A DNA stretch of 63,751 nt, filler included, from Collodictyon triciliatum (taxonomy: Eukaryota), in NCBI GenBank assembly GCA_043381765.1. It is 5 parts of 5 records of this genome, joined end to end, with 100 filler letters (N's around TTAATTAATTAA, not from the genome) between each part and the next. Parts side by side here need not be neighbours in the genome. Positions count along the whole stretch, not along the records: positions 1 to 21,603 come from JBHJMP010001181.1; 4 more parts are not named here. One strand, 5' to 3'. The notes below the pieces were generated by a model, which saw only the letters and a list, made by a program, of their open reading frames with translations, was not told where the DNA came from and did not search any database. Both the position numbers and the translations under genes were made by a program. Below, one piece after another: positions 1 to 13,000 of the stretch (positions are counted from its first letter, which is position 1; each line of letters starts with the position of its first letter).

Positions 1-77
1 ATTATGTTTATACATTATATTTATACATTATATTTATACATTATGTTTATACATTATATTAATGTATTATTTTTGTA

Positions 78-178
78 TTTATATTTATATTTATATTTAT
101 ATTTATATTTATATTTATATTTATATTTATATTTATATTTATATTTATATTTATATTTATATTTATATTTATATTTAT
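78..178. repeat. (ATATTT)n microsatellite
   Basis: Perfect hexamer array. Confidence 0.95.
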
Positions 179-272
179 ACTTTGTACAGTCTTCTATTTG
201 CCTTGTCGTTTTATCATTTACCTTTTCAAATATTGACTTACACATCATTTCACATCATCAACATCTTGTGAT

Positions 273-3200
273 TAACAAAAAGAATGAGAATGATAGAGCA
301 GATGGTGATTCCAACTCATATGAAGATGAAAGTGGATATTCCAATATCGAAGATAATATGGATGACAAGAACCCTCGAGCAAGCGAAGGTGAAAACGAGG
401 CTGAATTCGAATCTGAATTTGCGGGTTTTGGGGGCCCTTCTCAATATAGACGAAGAGAAAATGACACTGACTCTCAACATAGCCTGGTAAAAACATTTCA
501 TGAATAGAAGATCCAAAAAAAAAATTATTTGAATGTTGTTGTGCAAGTCGTGTGATAAATTTTCATGAAATGGATATGTTAACAAAAAAACTTCAATGCT
601 TAAATTTTAGTCGTCCGACCAACATTCTGAATCACGCGTATTATTTGGGACTGATCTGTTTTCTGATACAATCGTACTATTTATTAATTCATCAAATATA
701 TTATTTTAAATGTCTTGATTTTTTTAAAAAAATAAAATATTTTAAATAAGATTGCTGGTAAGTTTGGATATGGGCAACCTGATAGCCCTGAGAAAACAAG
801 ACTTAAATATGCTAATGAGGTGAGATTATATTTGAGTAATTTAACACTTCAAACTTTTATAAATAAAAATAAATTATGTTTTCTTGTTTTAATATAATTT
901 GGTCAATTCTTTTTCTAAAAAAAAAAAAAAATTGAATCTTTCAGATGGGAAAACTCACTCCTGGTCATGATGATAGTGCCATATCAAAGCTAGGTTAATA
1001 TTTGTATTCAAGATTTTGATCATTTATATACAATGTAATTTTCATAATTTCTATAAATCAGTCTATTTTTTTTTAAAAAAAAAAAGTATTTTCATTTATA
1101 AATAACGCTGGCAAATATAGGAAAATCTATGGGGAAAGGAGGATTTCCATTAAAGGTGTGTCGTAGCGAAAATATTGACATTGATATTCGAAATCTGCCA
1201 AAATGCATTATCATTATTCCTTATTGTATGTATCACTCCTTCGTTAAAAAAAATAAATTGATTGAGAAGTCTAAGGATGGTAAGAAGCCGACAAAAGATT
1301 CGAGTTCTTATGAATCCTCAGGGAGATTAAGTGACGGAGAAGTATTGAAAAGAGAACTAGACAAGAGAATTCAAAGGCGCACCTCGATAGCACAAACCCT
1401 TATGGCAACATCTGAATTTGTAGCCTTTTTATATTATATTCTTCTTCCTTGTTTTTCCTTCTTTTTTTCTTTTTTTCTTTTTTCTTTTTTCTTTTTTTCT
1501 TTTTTTCTTTTTTTCTTTTTTTCTTTTTTTCTTTTTTCTTTTTTCTTTTTTCCTTTTTTTCTTTTTTCTTTTTTTCTTTTTTCTTTTTTTCTTTTTTCTT
1601 TTTTTTCTTTTTCTTTTTCTTTTTCTTTTTCTTTTTCTTTTTCTTTTTTTCTTTTTCTTTTTTTCTTTTTTTCTTTTTTTCTTCTCTTTCTTCTTCGTCT
1701 TCTTTTTCTTTTTCTTTTTCTTTTTCTTTCTCTTTTTCTTTTTCTTTTTCCTTTTTTTCCTTTTTTTCCTTTTTTTCTTTTTTTTCTTTTTTCATTCGTC
1801 TTCCAATCCCCCTTTCAAGCAAACTTGGAAACTGTCTTTAGATATTCTTTTCTTGTTGCAGATGAAAGGATTAACCTCCAATGGGCAACCATCCGAAGGT
1901 CAATCTGACGGAGATTCTGTTGGGAGTAAAGTTTTTGAAGAAAGTGAAGAAGTCACCCGCTCAAATCCCACCGATGAACGTCCATCATCATCATCACCGC
2001 GTACTGAGGATAATAAAGAAGTTATAGGTATTTTACTTTCTTTAAAAATTGACAATTATTGTGTGTTTTAAATACTCTTCATGCATTAATAGTCTTGTCA
2101 GAACCCATCAAAGATGAAATGAGAGAATATCAAAAAAAGCCCATCAAGAATGCCTCTAAAGGTTTTCACTTATACCTCAGCTTCATATATTCTGTCATTC
2201 CTAACAAAGACGTGTGAATTAAAAGAACATCGATCACCCGTAGTGGTTAAACATTATCTAAAAATCCTACTATTATATTTTTGTAGCACCCAAGAAAAAT
2301 GACACCAAAGGTTAATTCTTGATATGTTTAAACCCCAAATCGTTCATGTAAAATTGTATAATCATAGTAAGAGAAAAAAATATATGAGAATTTATGCTTC
2401 ATTTCAACATAAAGTGTTCTTATTTTGTTTTAGCTCCAATTATCGGTCTATACTCTGCAATCGATTATGAAAAGATAAAGAAAGTGAACTCTCGCTATCG
2501 CGTAACATTTCGATTCCACATGAGATGAATAGGTTTTTATGGAAAGGTTTACATTGATGCTCTGTTACTAATAATATCTTACAGGATGGAATCCCTAGTT
2601 CAACAGGGAAAATATCAACTGCTCCGCGAACCCCTAGTGAGCTCATTGCCAGACACTAGCATCTATGATTTCTTATTATAAACATTCATGTACTTAATAG
2701 CATCATTTTATCCCCAGGTGCCATAGTTTATGTCAGTAAGAGTCCCAATCGCCTCCACAAACAAATGGCTAAATCATCGTCCCCTTCTAATAATAAAGAA
2801 AGCATGTCCGTAGTCAAGAGTATACATGAGCCCATTAGCAGTCCTCAAAGAACGTCCGTTTAAAATGATACCTTTCAATGATTAATTCTTTATTTATTTT
2901 AATTTTTGGTATATTTTTAAATTTTAATCTTTATTATGTAGTATCATAATGTGTCATCTATTATAATTTTTTATTATGTCTTTCATAGTATTTTTGTTGT
3001 CTTTTCATTTCTACAACCGGAATGAAATCATACTATATGACTTTTATACATCGTAAAGCTTCGCTATTCAAAATATAGGAGGTATAAAAGGATGATTATT
3101 GTTTCCGAGAAGGAGATGCAAACAGATCCCTTTGACTTGAGCCAATTACTAAAGTCAGACGACCCGTTTCCAGACATGGTTGGTTCGGAGGAAGCCATAT

Positions 3201-6200
3201 CTCCAAATATCGAGTCGTCATGGGGTGACTTTAGTCCTGTCAATCCAGAACTCACGTCTCTCTATAACCCGGAAGCTACTCTTGAGGAAGTATTGATACC
3301 TGTCCCTGAGGAGGTACCTGAATATGACGAAGCCGCTTACCGATTAAAGTTTGAAGGATTTATTGGAGAGGAGCCCTGTGATTTGGTTTGAATTTTAGTA
3401 ACCTTTTGTTTCATTTTTTTTTTTTTACATTTTATTTTATTTTATTTTTTGGTTTCTAAACTGAAAACATTATCAAAATGTGTATGATGAGGTTTATATA
3501 ATCGTCTCTTCATACAGTTCCTCCTAATCTTTACATGTGTACATAGGAAGGATTTAAGAACAAAATTTCACAAACACCTTTGGTTTCCATTGACACTTCT
3601 AGCCCTGATAGAATTGAGGAATTTGAAAAAGAGCAAAGAGTGATGGAAGCAGAAGTGTTCAAGTTAAGAAAAGAAATTAAAACTGTAAGTAATCTGCTTT
3701 TTTAAAAATATATAGCATCGAACACAAATGCACAAATTAAGTAATTTTCCTTTCCTTTTTTTTTTTTTTTTTTTTGAAAACTAAATATGTAATAGCTCAT
3801 TTCGAAATATAATGACCTGAGAGAAAAGACAACGAAAATTGCCTCCCAAGTAAGAGAAAATATGGTGATTCCTGGCGGTGTTTTTGACTACACAAAAACT
3901 ATTGGTGCGTCCCATCATCATAGTAATTCATACTGTTCGCGAATTAATTTTCTGATGAACAGAGAACTCTAATGTGCAAGCTGAGCCGGGTTCGAAGAAA
4001 CCATCGTCCTATGAATTATATGCAGCTCCCTCAGGAAGTGATAGGGTACCAAAAAATATTAGAATCGAATAGAACTTATCATTTCTGGTGATGAGCTGAA
4101 CTATTCCTTTCCAGTTTTTTCTGCGTTTTATTTCCTATGTGGATATGCATGTGGATGCTGATATGATTTTGTGGCTTTTGTGACTCTTTTCAGATATGAT
4201 CTGATAAAGTGCTGTTATCAAACTTTGTTAACCTCTCAGTAAGGTATCGTGGAGACAAGTAGCTATTATTACTGAGTCTGTTATTTAATAGAATGCTAGA
4301 TTGAAGGCACCACCACACTTGATGGAAACCATCCAATCCATATTGCAAGGGGATATGATGACGTGTAAGTTTTTATATGTTTTTATCTTTTGCAGCGATT
4401 TAAATAAAATTATTTTCTTTGAAATTTTATTCTTTAGTAAAAGTAATAAAAAAAATCTTAAACGATACATTGACAATTCATTAATAAATGTGTCACTATC
4501 CTTCCAGCATACAAGCCTCGTATAAAACCAATCAGCTATGTGATGAAGCGAATTATTAGCGTGTTATTGGACTTTACTTCTGCATCCTCCACTTCCCAGG
4601 CACCAATAAGCTTATATGAATTTCTGTATGAATACTACACTACAAGATACGGCCTAAGGACAATTGCAGAAAGGGTACTCGCTCCTTTATTCCTCTTATA
4701 TACCGTTTTATTCATTCATGTGTCATTCGCATATTTGCATAAATTTATATGTAATTTATGAATATTCGTATATTTTAGAGGTATGATACCAAACAGTATA
4801 GCACGTAAATCCTTATATAATTCACTGTTGTTTGTAAAACAATGGCACATCCTTACCTGCATACGTCTATTTAAAAGCACTTGATAGATTTCGTTATCAA
4901 TATAAAGTCCTACAAAGATGGACACAACAGGGTATATCGCTTCGGCCAATTTTGTGGTTTTTACGACCCAATAAAACATGAATGCTTCCTTTTTTATATG
5001 TAAGAATGACTTTGAATCTATATTTGCCTCCATTCATCTAAATATAAAGTCAGAGATTAAGACATCATTTCAACTTCTTTGAAAGACTTTATGATCTACT
5101 ACTTCTGAACTCAACGAACTTAAAGCATAAATGCATGATTAACCATATAGGACGGTTTTTCAATATCTTTCTAAATTGACGGCATACTGGGTTGAGCTTT
5201 TGAATGGTACCATGCTCATACAAATGGGGCATGCATACACAGCAGCAGCAATAGTTTTTGGGTAATTTTTTTAAACGATGCTTTTATAAAAAGAAAAAAG
5301 CTAGCCACTAAATATCATGTTGGTTTGTTGTGTATCGATGTATTGAATTTCTCCTGTCTATCTTTTTTTAAAAAAAAAAATACAGAAAAAATCACTCCGC
5401 TGAAGAACTTGACCGATTGCAAGTGGCTCTGGATACCATATCCACCGAAAAGAAGTTTGACATTATAGATTGATATTGTGTATTTCATCTTCAGTTAATT
5501 TTTAACTCCTATTTCTTGATACTTTTGTTTTAATTCGATCGAAAGTTTTTTTTGTTTTTTTTCATTGAATATTGAGCGTGATGCTTTAAAAGAAAAATTG
5601 AAATAAGTACGATAACCTTGTCTTCGGTCTGCTATCAATTATTTTAGAGGCTCTGCCGACAGATTCATCGACATTGATATGCTACTCGAGATAATGCTGC
5701 AAACTTTCATGGGCATCGATATACCAGAACCATCATCGACTGATTTGTCCTTCTCTAAGGACCCCAATCAGAATCAAAATCAAAATCAAAATCATAACCA
5801 CGACGAAGCACGAATAACAAACCCGGATTCCGAAAGGAAGAGCCCAGATAATCTGGAGCAAGGAGAAGCGGTCTCCAATAACCACGCTAGTAACATTAGA
5901 GACTTTGATTACCAGCACCAACATAATCGACATCCTCATGCGTATGTACTCAATTCTTGCGTAAAGCTTTATATTTCTACAGTTGGGATTTTGTCTCCAT
6001 ACTATCAGATGTTCATTTTAATTTTGTAATAATAATTGTTTTATAATTTTATAATATTTTTGTTTTATGGCTTGGTTATTATGCTATTGCATTAGTAGCA
6101 TACATCATGTTGATTGTAATAGTTTGTGTGTGTTTTTTTTTTCAGATTCCATATCCATGCGTCTTCAAACAATTCTTTCCTTAAACTTTTAATATTTTCC

Positions 6201-7884
6201 TTTTTTTTCTCTTTTCGTATTGTTGAATTCTATTTGTTTTTGTTTTTGTTTTTGTTTTTGTTTTTGTTTTTGTTTTTGTTTTTGTTTTTGTTTTTGTTTT
6301 TGTTTTTATTTTATTCTAAAATTTTAGCTTGAATCATCAAGGTTTTTATAAATCATAGTATATCTGACATGGTTCAAAAGAATGTATCATCTGGATTTTC
6401 GGTAATCAATTTTTCTGCCTCGATCGACGAGGGGTAATTGCCATTGATTTTATTTCATATAAAAATAGATGCGTTAAATTATATATTCATGATTTTTTAT
6501 AATTGTTTCGCCTTTATCGCACACCCTACAAAACTCTGCAAAATGAATGCGAATTCTATAGTGAATTTTTTATATCTAACTTAAAAATATCAAAATATTT
6601 TAACCCTTTACCGATACCTTTAACAACTTTTGAATATTGCTTAATTCTGAGTTGTAAACAACCGCTCATATACTATTTTATTATATTTCTTCATTTCCAA
6701 ATTCATGTTAGGGACAGCTTATATATTTATATAATAAATTAAAAATAATTTGTCGTAGAAATCTATTGAAGAAGCCTCTTCATGTTGATTTACCCAAAGA
6801 CAGTTCGGAGCCATTTACGCCCCACCAACCTCACTACCCAGAACTGCATCATTCCTCGCCCAGCAGAACACCAGTAGGAAGGTGATTTTTTTTTCCTTAT
6901 TATACAAGCTATCAAAAATCAACGAAAAGTAGTAAGTATATCTGGTTTGGTTTTTCAAAAAAATAGAAATAGAATTATAACGTATGAATTTATTTAACCT
7001 AACGATGCAAATCACCAAATCAAATTTAAACAATAAACAAGATAATGAGCCAAAAAATGAAATGATTCGAAGTATCCATTTACATTCTTTATGGCATGCA
7101 ATTTTACGAAAATAATAATAATAACAATAATATACTAAGCTTCTCAACCATGAAACGGCAATAGACACATATTTCATAAGAAAAAAAACCTGGCTCTGAT
7201 AAACATGATATTTATATGTGAAGTATTTGTACAGAGTTTATTTATGTATTTGAAAAAAAAAAACTATGTAAATCACGTGATAGGCAACTCGCATCGAGAA
7301 ACGGATTTCCGATGAAGCCAATGACACCTTTTGAAGTCACTAATTCTCCTATACGAAGGCCTTCAAATAGTCTTACTCAGAACTCAATCCATTCCCGATT
7401 GACTCCAACAAAGAGGTTAACTCGAATTAGATGTTTTTTTCTTTTTCTTCGCCTTTTTTTCCATTTAGATATTTCATGTTGAAAAAAATTCAATCGATAC
7501 TTACTCGATTATGGTTATCTCTGGCTGTAATTATTATGGCTCTATATATTTAATTGATTTCTAAAGTATTGAAATTCATAAAGCGACCACCCGAATTTGT
7601 TAGAGCCGCTAAGGCCAGTGACATCTTCACACCCAGCAAAAAGCTCTCTGGTAAAGAAACAGAAATTGCGTTATACTATCAACACTTTTAAAATATTTAA
7701 AACATAAATCAAAAAAAGTTCACTTTGGAATCCTTCACGGAAGATTTTATTCTAAAATTGGGAATTTTTTTCTTTTGCAACTGCGAGATGTGTTGTCCCA
7801 TATCCTTTTTGTTAGTGATTTCGATATTGTATTCAAATATTCGAACTGTCCGTAGATGTCCATCAAGAGAGTTCTTCCAAATAA
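273..7884 (+). CDS. Large multi-exon protein of unknown function (5' part outside the window), low-complexity ends around a central helical domain
   Basis: GT-AG-bounded exons join in frame, e.g. LYEFLYEYYTTRYGLRTIAER|HLIDFVINIKSYKDGHNRVYRFGQFCGFYDPIKHECFLFYM|TVFQYLSKL...|FIDIDMLLEIML. Last exon appears to read DVHQESSSK-TAA (7882-7884). Not every junction was checked, so this could be more than one gene. Confidence 0.6.
1450..1792. repeat. Intronic polypyrimidine (TnC) tract
   Basis: About 340 nt of almost only T and C. Confidence 0.95.
6232..6306. repeat. (TTTTTG)n microsatellite
   Basis: Direct reading. Confidence 0.95.
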
Positions 7885-8182
7885 TTAGGAACTATAGAAT
7901 ATTACCCTTCGTTTCTCAAGAATACAAGAACAGGATAAGGTGATTAAAAGTTGGTCTTGTTTAACTCTCATCCTTTTCCCCCTTTCCCCCTTTTCCCCTT
8001 TTCCCCCTCTTTTAATCTTCATGCGTCTTTTTTTTTTCTCTCTGACGACAATTTATTCAGCAGCCAAAAAACTTTGTTCCGATAATAAATTATACTCACA
8101 TTGCTCGACTTAATTTTTTTGTTAATTTCCCTTGTCCGCTACATCTCAGCCATTTTTTTCTTCCTGTTTTTATTTTAGTTCT

Positions 8183-8198
8183 TTATTTATTTATTTGC

Positions 8199-8249
<51 letters not shown>

Positions 8250-8314
8250 TTTGTTTGTTTATTTATTTATTTATTTAGTTATTTAGTTATTTAGTTATTT
8301 AGTTATTTAGTTGC

Positions 8315-8373
<59 letters not shown>

Positions 8374-8447
8374 TTTGCTTATTTGCTTATTTGTTTATTT
8401 GCTTATTTGTTTATTTGCTTATTTGCTTATTTGCTTACTTATTTATT
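8183..8447. repeat. (ATTT)n microsatellite with variants, downstream of gene 1
   Basis: Direct reading. Confidence 0.93.
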
Positions 8448-10043
8448 ATCTTTTCCTTTAATTAATATTTTCTTATCTTGTGTTTCGTTTGCTTCAGAGT
8501 TCGCCGTTTTGCTGCGTTTTTGAATTACGCCAGAAGTGACGTGATATATTCCACATTTTTTAAATCTAATTATGGAAATTATAGTTTATTGAATTAAAAT
8601 TACATTTAAATTGAAAAATTTCTATCCTATTTAGATAAATCTTATTACATAGTCAATTAAGAGAAGTAAGATATTTACATTTGACTCCCCATTCATGAGA
8701 AAACTACGCTATCTTTCCCTAATCAGTTGTGTTCCAGAATTCAGGCTAACATATACAAATGGGGCTGGAATTCCACGAAAGCAGAAACGGCATAAATAGT
8801 TTCGAGCTTTTCCGTGAACGCAGCCGCATAAGGAGAATCCCATCACAGGCACTTACGGGGACAAATGACACAGTTCTGCCACAGGCTGCATGTGTTTCGC
8901 CTCAAACCAAATCAGCAAATCATTGCGTCACGCGCTTTCCAATCAAACACCCACACAACAACAAAATCAATAATGTTTTTCTCACCCTTCCTTTCATTTT
9001 TCTTTATTCAACAACAAAAACAACAACAACAACAACAAAGAAATTTGAAATATAAAAAATAACTGGATGGGTTGCAACTATCTTAATCAAATTGCGCTTA
9101 CCAACAATCACACATATTGAATACAAGAACAAGCGCGCGTGTTAAAAACACGTAATTGAACATGAATCTATGCGTATTCATATATATATAACCTACTTTT
9201 TGTTATTCTGAAATTGATAAAGAAGTGTCCAATAATCTTCCCATCATCAAGAACAAACACGCTCGAAGGTCAAAAGCAAACAAACGAAGCCAAAGCACAC
9301 GCACACAGGACGATAATTCAGTCAAGTCGAAGTAGCGATAAAACACAGAGTGTATGCACAGTTCGGTTGAAAATACAGCCAAGCCTTTCCGACCCAAGAA
9401 AACTACTGGGCAGTCGCTTTTATCTTTGTTATGTGTCCTCGTCTGCCTCGCCGGCAACTTTTCTCTTTCGCCACATCAACAAGGGCGACTTTTCTCCCAC
9501 CCAAACACTTCCCCTTCGAATAATGCTTCACAAAGAGTCTTTCAATCGCTCTGGAAGTTTTGTGAATCTGCAATCTTTATTGTTATGTGTTCACTGGGTT
9601 TTTTTTATGTTTTTTTTACCTTGCACCTTTCGTCTTCTGCCTCAAGAAAATCATACGAAATACCGACACGCGCACGCATATTACGAGTATTTAAACGTAA
9701 TCAAACGAACATTAATGCAACAATTGAGAACAAAGAGCCCCAAAGAACTCACAATCACTCGGTTTTCTGTCACAATAACACCAACAATCATCACATATAT
9801 GCTCACAAAGAGTGTCTTCGCTCGAAAGAGAAAGAAAAGCCAGAAGTATCACTCTAAACCCAAAGCCCATGGCTCAAACACTCCCACACAGAACTTAGAC
9901 CGCCATATGCCTCAACTCATACACGACTTTACCCTCCACCATCGAATACAGCAAAGTAATAAGTAGAATTCGTCTCACTCACCTCTTCCCAGCTCAGGAA
10001 TCAGAACCAAAGCACAACCGAAAACACCAACGAACAAAGATAT

Positions 10044-13000
10044 ATGCACGGGTTTGGCTTGGAGTCTCTCCCCCCAGCCCAGGGTCTTTACGACCCCCGC
10101 GAAGAAAAAGACAGTTGCGGAGTCGGTCTCGTGGCAAACATCTCAGGCAAGCCCGACCATCAGGTACTGCACAATAAGCAATCACCCCAAAAAAAGAACC
10201 AAAAAAACCGAAAAAAAACCGAAAAAAAACCGAAAAAAAACCAAAAAAATAAAAAGAAAAAAGGAGAAGTAGCTGGCACGACACATACGTAGCTATGTAA
10301 AAAAAAAGAAAAGAAAAGAAAAGAAGCTAACGAAGCTGTGACTTAGGTCATCACAGACGCAAACACATGCCTTGTACGCATGCAACATCGCGGAGCAACA
10401 GGCTGCGAGCCAGACACGGGTGATGGCGCCGGAGTTTTGACAGGGATTCCTGACAAGTTTTTCCGCAATCTTTTCGGGTCGCTGCCGCCTTTGGGACGTT
10501 ACGCAATCGGTGTCTGTTTTTTGCCCAACGACGCACAGATTCTGCCCCGCGCTCGTGACCTTGTCCAGCATTTGCTTGAAGAGGAGGACATGACCGTTCT
10601 TTTCTGGCGGAAAGTCCCCACAGATCCCTCTGCTCTCGGCCCTACTGCTCGTGCGACGCAGCCCTGGATTGAGCAGGTTTCTGCCTCATTCAGAAAGCAT
10701 TATCACACATCACTATACATCGTAACAAAGTCTATCGCGCTCAATATCATACTTTAGAGGAAATACCAAAAAAATCTTTTTTTTTTTTTTAATGATCCAT
10801 CTACATCAGGTTGGAATTGTGCCCAAGGATGGAGACTCGTCGCCTCTCATTAAAGACCCGGACGCCTTTGAGCGACGCCTATACCTTGTCCGCAAGCGCA
10901 TAACGCACCGGGCCGCCAAACTCAGCGTCCCACTGTACATGGCCAGCCTTTCATCGCGCCTACTAGTCTACAAAGGCCTCCTCACCTGTAGCCAAGTGTG
11001 GCAGTTCTATCCCGACCTGCGCCACCCAACATACGAGTCTCACTTTGCGATGGTTCACTCGCGCTTCTCCACAAACACGTTTCCAAGCTGGGACCGCGCC
11101 CAACCCAACCGAATGACGTGCCACAATGGCGAAATCAACACGCTCCAAGGAAACGTCAATGCCATGCAAGCCAGACAAGGGGTTCTCCGTTCGGCCGTGT
11201 ACGGCAACCGACTCCGCGATGTAGAGCCTGTCATCGAGACCGATGGTACAGATTCTGCCCAGCTTGAAAACGTCCTTGAGTTCCTCTACATGAACGGCCG
11301 CTCCCTGCCCGAGGCCATGCTCATGCTCATCCCTGAGGCTTGGCAGAACCACAACCAGATGTCCCCAGCCAAACGTGCATTCTTCAAGTATAACTCTGCC
11401 TTGATGGAGCCCTGGGACGGCCCCGCCCTATTCTGCTTCACGGACGGCCGATACGTGGGCGCTGTACTGGATCGTAATGGACTTCGTCCCTGCAGATACT
11501 GCGTCACACACGACAACCGCCTCATCATGTCATCCGAGGTCGGTATTCTGGACATCCCGTCCAGTGTCGTCCAGAAGAAGTTCAGGCTCCAGCCTGGCCG
11601 GATGCTGCTGATCGACTTTGAGAAGGGCGCTTTGCTTAACGACGTCGAATACAAGGAAAATCTTGCCCTTGCTCGGCCCTACGGTCAGTGGCTTGAGCGC
11701 CAGCAGATGACGATTGATGAGATTCTTCAAGTCTATCCCGCAGCATCCCAGGCCGCAGAAGGTCCTTCCGTGCCTGTGGCCATCGACCCACGCGTCAAGG
11801 CCTTCGGGTACACACAGGAAGACTTTGATATGGTCCTTGTTCCCATGGTAGGAATCCCTCATTGTAACGTGTTCTTTCTCGCTCTTACTCTCTTTATTTT
11901 CTCTTATTTCATAGATACACATTTTTTCTTTTAAAACAGTCACATTAATGTAATACATCAAGAACAATCCAGGGAGTGTTTTCTTTTTCTTTTTCACATC
12001 TCTCTTCATTTTGCTCTCTTCCGGTTGCGCTCTATCCACATTTTAAACCCTCATATCATCTCCCTTTCTTTTTTTTCTTCTCTTCTTTCTGGTTCGTAAC
12101 GCAGGCTCTCACCAACTACGAACCTCTCGGGTCCATGGGTAACGACGCTCCACTGGCGTGCCTATCAGAGAATCCCAAGCTCGTGTACGAGTATTTCAAG
12201 CAGATGTTTGCGCAGGTGACCAATCCGCCTATCGACCCAATCAGAGAGTCGATTGTGATGGCCGTCAGCGGCTTCGTCGGGCCGGAGGGAAACATCCTTG
12301 AATGCGATGAAACTCTCTGCCATAGGCTATTCCTCGAGTACCCCATCCTCTCCACCACACAGATAGAAGCTATCAAGTCCATCAACAACTACCGTGGATG
12401 GAGAACGCGCGTCATCGACATCACGTACCCAGCTGAGCGTGGACAGGGCGCTCTTCCAGCTGCCCTTGACCGTGTTTGTGCCGAGGCCGAGGCTGCTGTT
12501 GAACAAGGCTTTGCCCTTGTAGTCCTCTCCGACCGCAATCAAGGCCCCACCAGACTGACGACCGGCGCTCTCCTGGCCTCTGGTGCTGTACACTACCACC
12601 TTGTAGCAAAGAGACTTCGCACAAAGGTCGGTCTGCTTGTTGACTCTGGCGAGCCCCGTGAGGTGATGCATTTTTGCCTCCTTATTGGATTCGGAGCCGA
12701 TGCCATCTGCCCGTATCTGGCCATCGAAGCCCTGTGGGGTATCCACGAGGCTGGACTCATGCCCGCCTCTCCAAAAGGCCCACTCACCCGACAGTCAATC
12801 ACAAAGCACTACATCGGAGCGGCAGTGGACGGAATCCGCAAAGTCATCAGCAAGATGGGCATCTCCACACTTCAGAGCTACCGTGGCGCGCAGATATTCG
12901 AGGCCGTGGGTCTCCACAAGGAGGTGATTGACAGATGCTTCACAGGCTGCCGCTCACGCCTCCAAGGACTTACATTCGAACTCATTGCCCGTGATATGAT

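Noticed and set aside
1129-1908. Poly-Phe/Lys, FVCL and TNKQ ORFs here and throughout the window
   Set aside because: Translations of intronic or intergenic microsatellites.
9214-9966. 250-aa ORF upstream of GLT1
   Set aside because: Non-ATG start, no motif, and it lies in C/A-skewed upstream DNA that is poor in stop codons.
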